Shown here: positions 18,577 through 26,619 of the stretch, in pieces | Numbering within the stretch: the first letter of the stretch is position 1 | Layout: each line of letters starts with the position of its first letter | NCBI GenBank assembly: GCA_019594235.1 | Contig: JAFDTG010000001.1 | Span: 5,722 to 69,721, forward strand | DNA length: 64,000 bases | Reading direction: 5' to 3' | Source of the DNA: Candidatus Saliniplasma halalkaliphilum | GTDB lineage: Archaea > Thermoplasmatota > Thermoplasmata > Halarchaeoplasmatales > Halarchaeoplasmataceae | Notes under the pieces: model-generated | Told to the model about the DNA's origin: nothing | The model's input: only the letters and a program-made list of their open reading frames with translations | The model's database searches: none | Program-made: the position numbers and the translations under genes

Positions 18577-20292
18577 ATGCCAAAAATTAAAAAATTATCA
18601 TCTCGAACTGTGAATCAAATAGCTGCAGGAGAAGTGATCGAACGACCAGCTTCCGTGGTTAAGGAACTTATAGAGAATTCTCTAGACGCTGGTGCTGATG
18701 AGATATATATCGAAGTTGAAAATGGTGGAAAGGACCGTATTCTTGTAAAGGATAACGGGACCGGGATGGCAAAAGAAGAAGTGAAACTAGCCTTCGAAAA
18801 ACATGCTACTAGTAAGATAAATGATATCGATGACCTCGATGATCTAAGCAGTTTAGGTTTTAGAGGAGAAGCTCTACCTAGCATAGCGGCCGTATCAAAA
18901 GTTAAAGCTGAAACCAAACAGAAAGATGATTTAGAAGGAGTTGAAATAATAATCCATGGTGATGAAATAAAAAGTATAGACACCGTTGGTTGTCCTGTTG
19001 GAACGACTATCGAAGTGAAAGATTTGTTTTACAATACACCTGCTCGACGGAAGTATCTTAACAAGACCAACACTGAATTGGCCCATGTTACAAGCATCGT
19101 TACAAGGAATGCACTATCTAAACCAGAAGTTCAGTTTACTTTGATCCATAATGGTAATGAGATCTTCTTCGTACCGAAGGCAAAGTCTAAATTACAAAAT
19201 ATAAAATCGATTTACGGCGTTGATATCGCCAAAAAGATGGTGCATGTAGATGAGAAAAATGATTATATTTCAATTGATGGTTTTCTTAGTAAACCTGAAA
19301 TTACAAGATCTAACAGAAAACATATCTATACTTACGTAAACGGTAGGTTCGTAGAAAACTCACTTTTAAAAGACAGTGTGATGGAGGGCTATAAAACACT
19401 GCTTCCAAGAAAACGTTACCCAATCACAGTGATCGATCTTTCAATTTCTGGGAACTATATCGATGTGAATGTACATCCTACGAAAACCAAAATAAGATTT
19501 CGGGATGAAAAAAAAGTTAAAGAAGAAATAAGCAATGTTGTAAAATCAACACTTTTAAAACACGATCTTGTACCGACTCCAGACAAGGAAGTAAAAAGAG
19601 AAGTATATGAACAAGAGCAAAAGCAAAAAGATTCAGAAGATATTTTACAATCTACCAGCTTTGGTAATTCACAAAGTACTTTGGACCTTGAGGAAGAAGT
19701 TGATGTTAAAGAATCTAAGTTACCAGAGATGAAGATATTAGGGATACTCAAAAACTCTTATATTTTAACGGAAACCCCTAAAGGATTTTCAATTATAGAT
19801 CAGCACGCAGCTCACGAGAGGATTAACTACGAGGGATTGAAAAATAAATATGATAAAAATATCAGTAGTCAGGACTTATTATCCCCAAAAACAATCGAAG
19901 TTAAACCAAGAGAGGCCGCGCTTATCAAAGCAAATAATGAACTTTTAGAAAAGCTCGGTTTCAAACTCGAATCTTTTGGAAAATCAACCTATAGGATAAG
20001 GGGTATACCAGTGGTATTAGGCGAGATGCAAGGCGAAGAGATATTCTACTCAGTTTTAGATGAATTATCCGATTTAAAAACCAGCAGTTTAGAAGAAAGA
20101 AAAGAAGAATTGATCAAATATATGGCCTGTAGATCTTCCGTTATGGCTGGTGATAACTTATCGCTTACGATAGCTAAAGAAATAATCCAGAAATTAGGTA
20201 ATACTGAGATACCATATACATGCCCTCATGGAAGACCGACAATAATCAATTATACGACCAAAGAACTAGACAAGATGTTTAAAAGAACTTGA
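18577..20292 (+). CDS. mutL: DNA mismatch repair protein MutL (endonuclease-motif-containing)
   Basis: 571 aa; GHKL ATPase N-terminus (QIAAGEV..ELIENSLDA); C-terminal DQHAAHERINYE metal-binding endonuclease motif; 1-nt gap to mutS. Confidence 0.9.
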   Translation: MPKIKKLSSRTVNQIAAGEVIERPASVVKELIENSLDAGADEIYIEVENGGKDRILVKDNGTGMAKEEVKLAFEKHATSKINDIDDLDDLSSLGFRGEALPSIAAVSKVKAETKQKDDLEGVEIIIHGDEIKSIDTVGCPVGTTIEVKDLFYNTPARRKYLNKTNTELAHVTSIVTRNALSKPEVQFTLIHNGNEIFFVPKAKSKLQNIKSIYGVDIAKKMVHVDEKNDYISIDGFLSKPEITRSNRKHIYTYVNGRFVENSLLKDSVMEGYKTLLPRKRYPITVIDLSISGNYIDVNVHPTKTKIRFRDEKKVKEEISNVVKSTLLKHDLVPTPDKEVKREVYEQEQKQKDSEDILQSTSFGNSQSTLDLEEEVDVKESKLPEMKILGILKNSYILTETPKGFSIIDQHAAHERINYEGLKNKYDKNISSQDLLSPKTIEVKPREAALIKANNELLEKLGFKLESFGKSTYRIRGIPVVLGEMQGEEIFYSVLDELSDLKTSSLEERKEELIKYMACRSSVMAGDNLSLTIAKEIIQKLGNTEIPYTCPHGRPTIINYTTKELDKMFKRT

Positions 20293-20397
20293 AGAGGAAC
20301 ATTTTAAAGAGCTATATGGATAGAAAGATTTATAAAATGCATACTAATATAGGAATCCCAGAAGTTAGTAGTTAGTAGTTCCTGATTTTACCAATAG

Positions 20398-20497
20398 AGC
20401 GGGGTAGGGTAGCTAGGAAAACCCGTCGGGCTCATATGGTGCATAATAAAGCACCTGAGGAACCCGGAGACCAGTGGTTCAAATCCACTCCCCGCTA
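20398..20497 (+). tRNA. tRNA-Met (CAT), initiator-like, with a 25-nt canonical (37/38) BHB intron
   Basis: Acceptor AGCGGGG/CCCCGCT (A1:U72); anticodon stem with three consecutive G:C pairs, loop CUCAUA|A; intron 20437-20461 with GGUGC/GCACC hairpin and UGAG pairing CUCA to form the bulge-helix-bulge; T-loop GGTTCAAATCC. Confidence 0.75.
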
Positions 20498-20564
20498 TAA
20501 ATTTTCATAATAGATTTAGCTCTAATTCCAAAGTTATAAATATTTATTATTACTGAATTAATCG

Positions 20565-20999
20565 ATGAGAAAAGAAACTAAAGAGGAATATTTAGAAACT
20601 TTATACAAGTTGTATAAGGAGGGAAAAAAGGATAAAATTAAAACAGGTGAGATCGCTGAAAACCTTGATGTTTCACCTCCTACGGTAACAGAAGTACTTC
20701 CACTTTTAGAAGAAGAAGGTTATCTAGAATACATCCCCTATCATGGCGTAAAATTGACTGAAAAGGGGCACAATGAGGGAAAAAGAATAGTAAGAAGTCA
20801 TCGCGTGCTTGAAGTATTTCTCAAAAAGTATTTCACTTTAGATGAAGACGTATTACATGAAAAAGCTTGCCAAATGGAGCATATTTTCAACGAAGAAATG
20901 ATAGATATAATATGTGAGGAATTAGGTCAACCCAAGATATGTCCACACGGCAATGAAATCCCCGAGTGTGAAAAGGATTGCTGTCCTGCTGATAAATGA
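20565..20999 (+). CDS. DtxR/MntR-family metal-dependent transcriptional regulator with Cys-rich tail
   Basis: 144 aa; wHTH (IAENLDVSPPTVTEVL) plus dimerisation/metal-site region; C-terminal CPHGNEIPECEKDCCPADK. Confidence 0.7.
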   Translation: MRKETKEEYLETLYKLYKEGKKDKIKTGEIAENLDVSPPTVTEVLPLLEEEGYLEYIPYHGVKLTEKGHNEGKRIVRSHRVLEVFLKKYFTLDEDVLHEKACQMEHIFNEEMIDIICEELGQPKICPHGNEIPECEKDCCPADK

Positions 21000-21072
21000 T
21001 CTTTTTTAATAACCAAAGTATGTACCTAGCGAGGGAAAACACACATATATTAACAATGACAATCAGGAAATT

Positions 21073-22734
21073 ATGTCAGTGGAAAGGTCAGAATTGATCC
21101 GGAAATACGCTTTGAAGAACGCAGTTAAATTCGATGGTGAAGCTACTGTTGGACCAGTTATGGGTAAAGTGATGGGAGAATCAGAGGAATGTAGAAAAGA
21201 TCCTGCCGGTACGAAAGAACTGGTTGAGCAAATTGTAGGAGAAGTAAATAAATTATCCCTTGATGAACAAACCAGTGAATTAAAAAATAAGATGCCCGAG
21301 TATTTTGAAGAAAAAGAAGAGGAAGAAATCGATAGATTACCAGAGATCGAAGGTGAAGATATCGTTATGAGGATGGCACCCTATCCAAGCGGTCCACTGC
21401 ATATAGGTAATTCACGTATGGTAATATTGAACGATGAGTATGTCAAAAGGAATGATGGAAAATTAGTTTTGTTTTATGATGATACCATTGGTTCTGAGAA
21501 GAAAAAACCACTCATTGAAGCTTTTGATTTGATTAAAGAAGGCTTGGAATGGTTGGGGGTAGAATGGCATGAAACTTATTATAAGTCTGAAAGGATGGAA
21601 ATTTATTACGAGTATGGTCAAAAAATAATCGAAATGGGAGATGCATATGTTTGTGAATGCAGTGCTAAAGGATTAAGAAAGAATCGTGAAAAGGGGATAG
21701 AGTGTGAACATAGATCTAGAAGTGTTGATGAAAATCTTGAAAAATGGGAAAAAATGCTTGATGGTGAGTTTGATGAAGGAGAAGTCACCGTTAGGCTGAA
21801 AACTGATATGCAATATCCTGATCCTGCTTTTAGGGATCGTGTTTTATTCAGAGTATCTAACCAAGAACATCCTAGGGTCGGCGATGAATACCATGTTTGG
21901 CCCTTACTAGAGTTTTCATGGGCTATCGACGACCATTTATTGGGTATGACTCACATTTTAAGAGGTAAAGATCTTGTTATGGAAGATAAGATGGAGGAAT
22001 ATATCTGGGATCTTTTTGGCTGGGAAAAGTGTGAGTTTTTACACTATGGAATGTTAAGATTAAGGAATGTAAGGTTAAGTAAGAGTGAGTTCCAGCAGCA
22101 GATAAAAGAAGGAAAACTTAGAGGTTGGGATGATCCTAGAACATGGTCTCTACAGTCCCTCAAAAGGAGAGGTATACAACCAGAGGCTATCAGAGACTTT
22201 ATTTTGGATTTTGGTATGTCAAAAACTGATATTGAAGTACCCGCCTCAAAATTATATGCCAAAAATAGAGAAATTATCGACGAAAAAGCTAATAGGTACT
22301 TTTTTGTAAAAGACCCAGTTGAGATCGAGTTAGTAGGGGACTTAGATATCGATGAAGCCGAGATACCTAGACATCCAGATTTTTCAGACCGTGGAAATAG
22401 AAAAATCAAGGTGGACAGAAAATTGTTCATATCCAAAAAAGATTGGAACGAGAACGAAGGGAAAGAAGTCCGGTTGAAAAACTTGTGTAATATAAAGCTT
22501 GAAGGCCATAAAGGATATGTTACAGATTTAGCAAATAAAGATATCTTAAAGATCCAGTGGCTTCCCGATGGAGAAAAATGTTCTGTTGAGAAACCTGATG
22601 GAAGTTATGACGAAGGTATCGTTGAAACAAACATAGAAGAGGTAGAATTGAATGATTTAGTTCAATTCGAAAGGTATGGATTCGTAAAAATTCTTGAGAA
22701 TTCTCAATGGAAAGTTTCATACGGGCATAGATAA
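21073..22734 (+). CDS. gltX: glutamyl-tRNA synthetase (archaeal/eukaryal GlxRS type)
   Basis: 553 aa; class I HIGN (HIGH) and LDFGMSKTD (KMSKS-like) motifs. Confidence 0.85.
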   Translation: MSVERSELIRKYALKNAVKFDGEATVGPVMGKVMGESEECRKDPAGTKELVEQIVGEVNKLSLDEQTSELKNKMPEYFEEKEEEEIDRLPEIEGEDIVMRMAPYPSGPLHIGNSRMVILNDEYVKRNDGKLVLFYDDTIGSEKKKPLIEAFDLIKEGLEWLGVEWHETYYKSERMEIYYEYGQKIIEMGDAYVCECSAKGLRKNREKGIECEHRSRSVDENLEKWEKMLDGEFDEGEVTVRLKTDMQYPDPAFRDRVLFRVSNQEHPRVGDEYHVWPLLEFSWAIDDHLLGMTHILRGKDLVMEDKMEEYIWDLFGWEKCEFLHYGMLRLRNVRLSKSEFQQQIKEGKLRGWDDPRTWSLQSLKRRGIQPEAIRDFILDFGMSKTDIEVPASKLYAKNREIIDEKANRYFFVKDPVEIELVGDLDIDEAEIPRHPDFSDRGNRKIKVDRKLFISKKDWNENEGKEVRLKNLCNIKLEGHKGYVTDLANKDILKIQWLPDGEKCSVEKPDGSYDEGIVETNIEEVELNDLVQFERYGFVKILENSQWKVSYGHR

Positions 22735-22777
22735 AGTTTGGGAAAATAATTAAAATAATAAAATACATGACATAAGT

Positions 22778-22966
22778 ATGGAACCACATACCCACTGTCA
22801 AATATGTAGTAAACCTGTACCTTTAGATGAAAAATTTTGTTCAGAAAAATGCAGGGAAGAATACAATGAATTTATCGAAAAGAGGAAGAAGAAAACTTAC
22901 ATATTTTACGTACTTCTTGCAGGACTCTTGATATTGATATTTTTACAGTTATCTGGAATTTGGTAA
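22778..22966 (+). CDS. small Zn-ribbon + C-terminal TM protein (DUF2116-like)
   Basis: 62 aa; HCQICSKPVP..FCSEKC followed by a hydrophobic helix. Confidence 0.45.
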   Translation: MEPHTHCQICSKPVPLDEKFCSEKCREEYNEFIEKRKKKTYIFYVLLAGLLILIFLQLSGIW

Positions 22967-22967
22967 A

Positions 22968-23870
22968 ATGCCTAAAAAAGTAGTTTTGGGAGGTACCTTC
23001 GACCATGTCCATATGGGCCATGTAAAACTCATCGAGAAGGCATTCGAAGAAGGTGATGTTACCATCGGTTTAGTTTCAGATGAGATGCTGAAAGAGTGGA
23101 AACCACAAGTAGAAAGATCATATGAAAAGAGAAAAAAGAATCTAGAAAACTTCCTAGCAAGTAAGGAAAACTGGGAAATCGTTAAGATATCTGATCCTTA
23201 CAGTAAAGCTGTGGAAGGAGATTTTGATACGCTTGTTGTCTCTTCTGAAACTAAGGAACGTGGAGAAGAAATCAACAGAAAGAGAGAAAAGATAGGAAAA
23301 CAACCTTTAGAGATAATTGAGGTTAAACCAGTGGTAGCTGAGGATTTTTTACCTATAAGTTCAACGAGAATAAGGAATGATGAAATAGATGAATATGGAG
23401 ATAGATTAACACCTGTCAAAGTCAATGTGGAGTGCACCGATACAGAAGAATTTGAAGCTGTAAAGGATTTGATGTCAGACTTCTTCGAATGTGATCTAAA
23501 TAGAAGAAGTGTAAATTTCAGTGAAGATGATCTAGAAGTTCCGGACGGATTCGATTATGTAATAAATCTAGCTATAGAAAGCGAAAATCTTGAAGGTGAA
23601 CAGTTATTTGTAGAGAAAGCGGTCATCAAAGACAAACTAGGTTTTACATCACACGGTCATAGTCCTGAGTTAAGAATACCGGATAAATGGATCCGATCTA
23701 AAAATAAATTAGATCTGTTCAATTCTTTAAAAGTGGTAGGGGAAGAATTAGAAAATGATTTTGACCCAGTAGGGATGATAACAGGAGAAGCAACGGATAC
23801 TAAAGGGTACATAAAATCAGCGATAGTCGATGCTCTATTACCAAGGATGAGAGGTGATTTATATTCATGA
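22968..23870 (+). CDS. coaD: phosphopantetheine adenylyltransferase (archaeal PPAT, cytidylyltransferase fold) with ~150-aa C-terminal extra domain
   Basis: N-terminus VVLGGTFDHVHMGHVKL (the (H/T)xGH motif) and ISSTRIR; the C-terminal half has no obvious motif. Confidence 0.65.
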   Translation: MPKKVVLGGTFDHVHMGHVKLIEKAFEEGDVTIGLVSDEMLKEWKPQVERSYEKRKKNLENFLASKENWEIVKISDPYSKAVEGDFDTLVVSSETKERGEEINRKREKIGKQPLEIIEVKPVVAEDFLPISSTRIRNDEIDEYGDRLTPVKVNVECTDTEEFEAVKDLMSDFFECDLNRRSVNFSEDDLEVPDGFDYVINLAIESENLEGEQLFVEKAVIKDKLGFTSHGHSPELRIPDKWIRSKNKLDLFNSLKVVGEELENDFDPVGMITGEATDTKGYIKSAIVDALLPRMRGDLYS

Positions 23871-23950
23871 TTTTCGGTTGAAATGGGGAAATCTTTAATA
23901 ACAACCTTTAAATAAGTTCAAATATTGAGTTCGCTGGAGTGTAATACATT

Positions 23951-24403
23951 ATGGTAACAGTATACGACGTCCCTCCAAATAAATTAGTCGAAGATGTAAG
24001 CGAGAAAATGAAGGATATGGATAACATAAAGAGTCCTAGTTGGGCACAATATGTTAAGACAGGTATCCATAAAGAGAAAGCACCCTTAGACGAAGAGTGG
24101 TGGTATAAACGGGTTTCCGCGATACTAAGGAGTGTTTACACACAAGGACCTGTGGGTATATCCAAGCTTAGAGGAAAATATGGAGGGAAACAAGAAAGAG
24201 GGGCCAAACCTAGTAGAGTAGCTAAAGGATCCGGTTCAATTGTTAGAACTGCCCTTAAACAACTTGAAGATGAAGGATTAGTAAAGAAAGAAAAGAAAGG
24301 TAGATCTATCACACCTGAAGGACAGGCTTTATTAGATAATACCGCTTATGAGATATTGAAAAAGATGGCTGAAGATGATCCCGAACTGACAAAATATCTC
24401 TGA
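23951..24403 (+). CDS. rps19e: 30S ribosomal protein S19e
   Basis: 150 aa; S19e signature region WWYKRVSAILRSVY. Confidence 0.9.
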   Translation: MVTVYDVPPNKLVEDVSEKMKDMDNIKSPSWAQYVKTGIHKEKAPLDEEWWYKRVSAILRSVYTQGPVGISKLRGKYGGKQERGAKPSRVAKGSGSIVRTALKQLEDEGLVKKEKKGRSITPEGQALLDNTAYEILKKMAEDDPELTKYL

Positions 24404-24416
24404 AGGTAAGGTATTT

Positions 24417-24746
24417 ATGGATGAAGATGAGTTAGAAAGGATTAAAAAACAAAAACTTCAACAACTTAAAGAGCAAAAAGAAGCCGAAGAAGAACAAGAA
24501 GGATCAGAAGAACAATTCGAGGCTCAGAAAAAAGCTATACTCAGACAATTGATGACCCCTGAAGCAAGAGAAAGATTAGGACGAGTTAGGGTTGCAAGAC
24601 CTGAGATAGCGGAAAATATAGAATCACAGATAATAATGCTGGCCCAGCGAGGGGCTATCCAGGGTAAAATCACGGATAAAACTTTAAAAGAACTGTTAAA
24701 AAAGATAACAGGTAAAAAAAAGGATATCAATATTAAAAGGAGATAA
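24417..24746 (+). CDS. PDCD5-like dsDNA-binding protein
   Basis: 109 aa; acidic/coiled N-terminus plus PEARERLGRVRVARPE; conserved position between rps19e and rpl39e in archaea. Confidence 0.7.
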   Translation: MDEDELERIKKQKLQQLKEQKEAEEEQEGSEEQFEAQKKAILRQLMTPEARERLGRVRVARPEIAENIESQIIMLAQRGAIQGKITDKTLKELLKKITGKKKDINIKRR

Positions 24747-24749
24747 ATC

Positions 24750-24905
24750 ATGTCAAGCAATAAACCAGGACCGAAAAAAAGAAGATTGCTGAAAAGAGGT
24801 AAAGAAAACAAACGTGTGCCTGCATGGGTAATGCAGAGAACTAACAGACGGTTCACTCGTCATCCAAAGAGAAGAAACTGGCGTCGAGATGACTTAGACG
24901 AGTAA
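24750..24905 (+). CDS. rpl39e: 50S ribosomal protein L39e
   Basis: 51 aa, highly basic ([27 protein letters not shown]...); missed by the ORF track because it is under 60 aa; conserved cluster position. Confidence 0.8.
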   Translation: MSSNKPGPKKRRLLKRGKENKRVPAWVMQRTNRRFTRHPKRRNWRRDDLDE

Positions 24906-24928
24906 ATCGATTTGAATCAGGTGAGGAT

Positions 24929-25195
24929 ATGGTAGACCAAGAAGAGAGAATAATTAATATTCCATTAAACGAAGTAAAAAATTCACCAGCTAGTAAACGA
25001 GCATCTTTAGCGATGAAAATCGTTAGAGAGTTTGTTTCTAAACATATGAATGTCCCATCAGAGGACGTTTGGATAGACTCTACTACTAACGAAGAGATTT
25101 GGCAAAGGGGAGTAAAGAAACCGCCTTCGAAAATAAAAGTACGAGCGATTAAATTCGAGGATGGTATAGTAGAGGTTTCAATACCGAGAGAGTAA
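24929..25195 (+). CDS. rpl31e: 50S ribosomal protein L31e
   Basis: 88 aa; L31e-like N-terminal pattern; conserved cluster position. Confidence 0.85.
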   Translation: MVDQEERIINIPLNEVKNSPASKRASLAMKIVREFVSKHMNVPSEDVWIDSTTNEEIWQRGVKKPPSKIKVRAIKFEDGIVEVSIPRE

Positions 25196-25198
25196 TCT

Positions 25199-25849
25199 AT
25201 GCTAAAAAAACATGCCATCGATCAAAAACCGTACATAGGTGTTTTTACCGTTGCTACAGAAGAAATATCTATTATTCCTTTAGTCGATAAAGACCCCTTC
25301 GAGGAAGCTATGGAAACTCCTGTGGTAAGAACAACAGTAGGAGGAACAAGGGTATTAGGGGCTTTGATGGTTGCAAATTCTAATGGAATACTGGTTTCTG
25401 ATATTGCAGAAAGTAGGGAGATAGATCCTTTGTTAGATTATGCTGATGTAACGTTAGTACCTGACAGGTTCAATGCTCTTGGAAACAATATTTTAATAAA
25501 CGATTATGGTGCCTTGATACACCCAGACCTTCATAATAAAACCGAGAAAGCGATTAAATCTTTCTTAAACGTTCCAGTTAAACGAGGGAGAATAGCTGGC
25601 ATAGAGATTGTCGGCTCAGTAGCAGTTGCCACAAACAAAGGGATCCTTTGTCATCCTCATGTAAAAGATGATGAAAAAGAAATGATGGAAGACCTTTTCG
25701 AAGTTCCTGTTATGAAGACAACTGCAAACCATGGTTCCGCCTGGATAGGGACTTGTTTAGTTGCAAACACAAAAGGTGCTGTAATAGGGGATAGAACGAC
25801 GCCTATAGAAATGGGAAGGATAGAAGAAGGATTGGGTTATTTGGATTGA
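25199..25849 (+). CDS. eif6: translation initiation factor 6 (aIF6/eIF6)
   Basis: 216 aa; pentein-repeat pattern (GVFTVATEE..; TRVLGALMVANSNG). Confidence 0.85.
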   Translation: MLKKHAIDQKPYIGVFTVATEEISIIPLVDKDPFEEAMETPVVRTTVGGTRVLGALMVANSNGILVSDIAESREIDPLLDYADVTLVPDRFNALGNNILINDYGALIHPDLHNKTEKAIKSFLNVPVKRGRIAGIEIVGSVAVATNKGILCHPHVKDDEKEMMEDLFEVPVMKTTANHGSAWIGTCLVANTKGAVIGDRTTPIEMGRIEEGLGYLD

Positions 25850-25851
25850 TT

Positions 25852-26490
25852 TTATAGAGAGAAAACCCAAACTTCAGTTTCGTTAGGTAAATCTGTTTTT
25901 AAGAAGTCTAATTCGACACCCACTTTGTGAGTCTTTTCTTCTGGATATAAATCTAAGAAGGGTTGTACTCCCTTTATATCCAAAGAAAGTCCGCCGACTT
26001 TAAAATGCATAGGTATTGCAATACTAGGTGTGATTTTTTCAATAATTTTAGCTGCCTCTTCGGGACCTATAGTGAAAGTTCCTCCAATAGGAATGAAAAG
26101 AAAATCAACAGGTTTAATTTTTTCTATTATTTCATCATCCAAATCATGACCTAGATCCCCGAGATGGCAGAATTTTATTCCACCTGTTTCAAATTTGAAT
26201 ATTATATTTTCCCCTCTCTTTTGACCACTTTCCTCGTCATGATAAGTTTTAAAACCTTTTATCTTTATTTTTCCTTTTTCATATTCTCCAGGTTTATCTA
26301 TGACTTGGGTATCACTCTTATCAACAAGTCTGACAGCGTTATGGTCAAAATGATCATGACTTACAGTAACAATATCACCTTTGACATTCGGTTCTCTAAT
26401 GCCTATGTTCCTCCCATCATGAGGGTCGGTTACGACCACTGAATCGTTCTCTATTTCGAAACACGAATGTCCATGCCATCTTATCCTCAT
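25852..26490 (-). CDS. MBL-fold metallo-hydrolase
   Basis: 212 aa; HxHxDH motif in VSHDHFDHN. Confidence 0.7.
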   Translation of the reverse strand: MRIRWHGHSCFEIENDSVVVTDPHDGRNIGIREPNVKGDIVTVSHDHFDHNAVRLVDKSDTQVIDKPGEYEKGKIKIKGFKTYHDEESGQKRGENIIFKFETGGIKFCHLGDLGHDLDDEIIEKIKPVDFLFIPIGGTFTIGPEEAAKIIEKITPSIAIPMHFKVGGLSLDIKGVQPFLDLYPEEKTHKVGVELDFLKTDLPNETEVWVFSL

Positions 26491-26619
26491 TATAACTCCT
26501 CCTTTTCACCAATGAAAAAAGATGAATTTAAGATTTATGCTTATTACAAAAGTACAATATAAGTTTCATGAAATTCTCATGTAAAAAAATATAAACCCAA
26601 AGGATGAGTTTTCATACCC

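Noticed and set aside
24853-25218. 121-aa minus-strand ORF over rpl39e/rpl31e
   Set aside because: It is antisense to conserved ribosomal protein genes.
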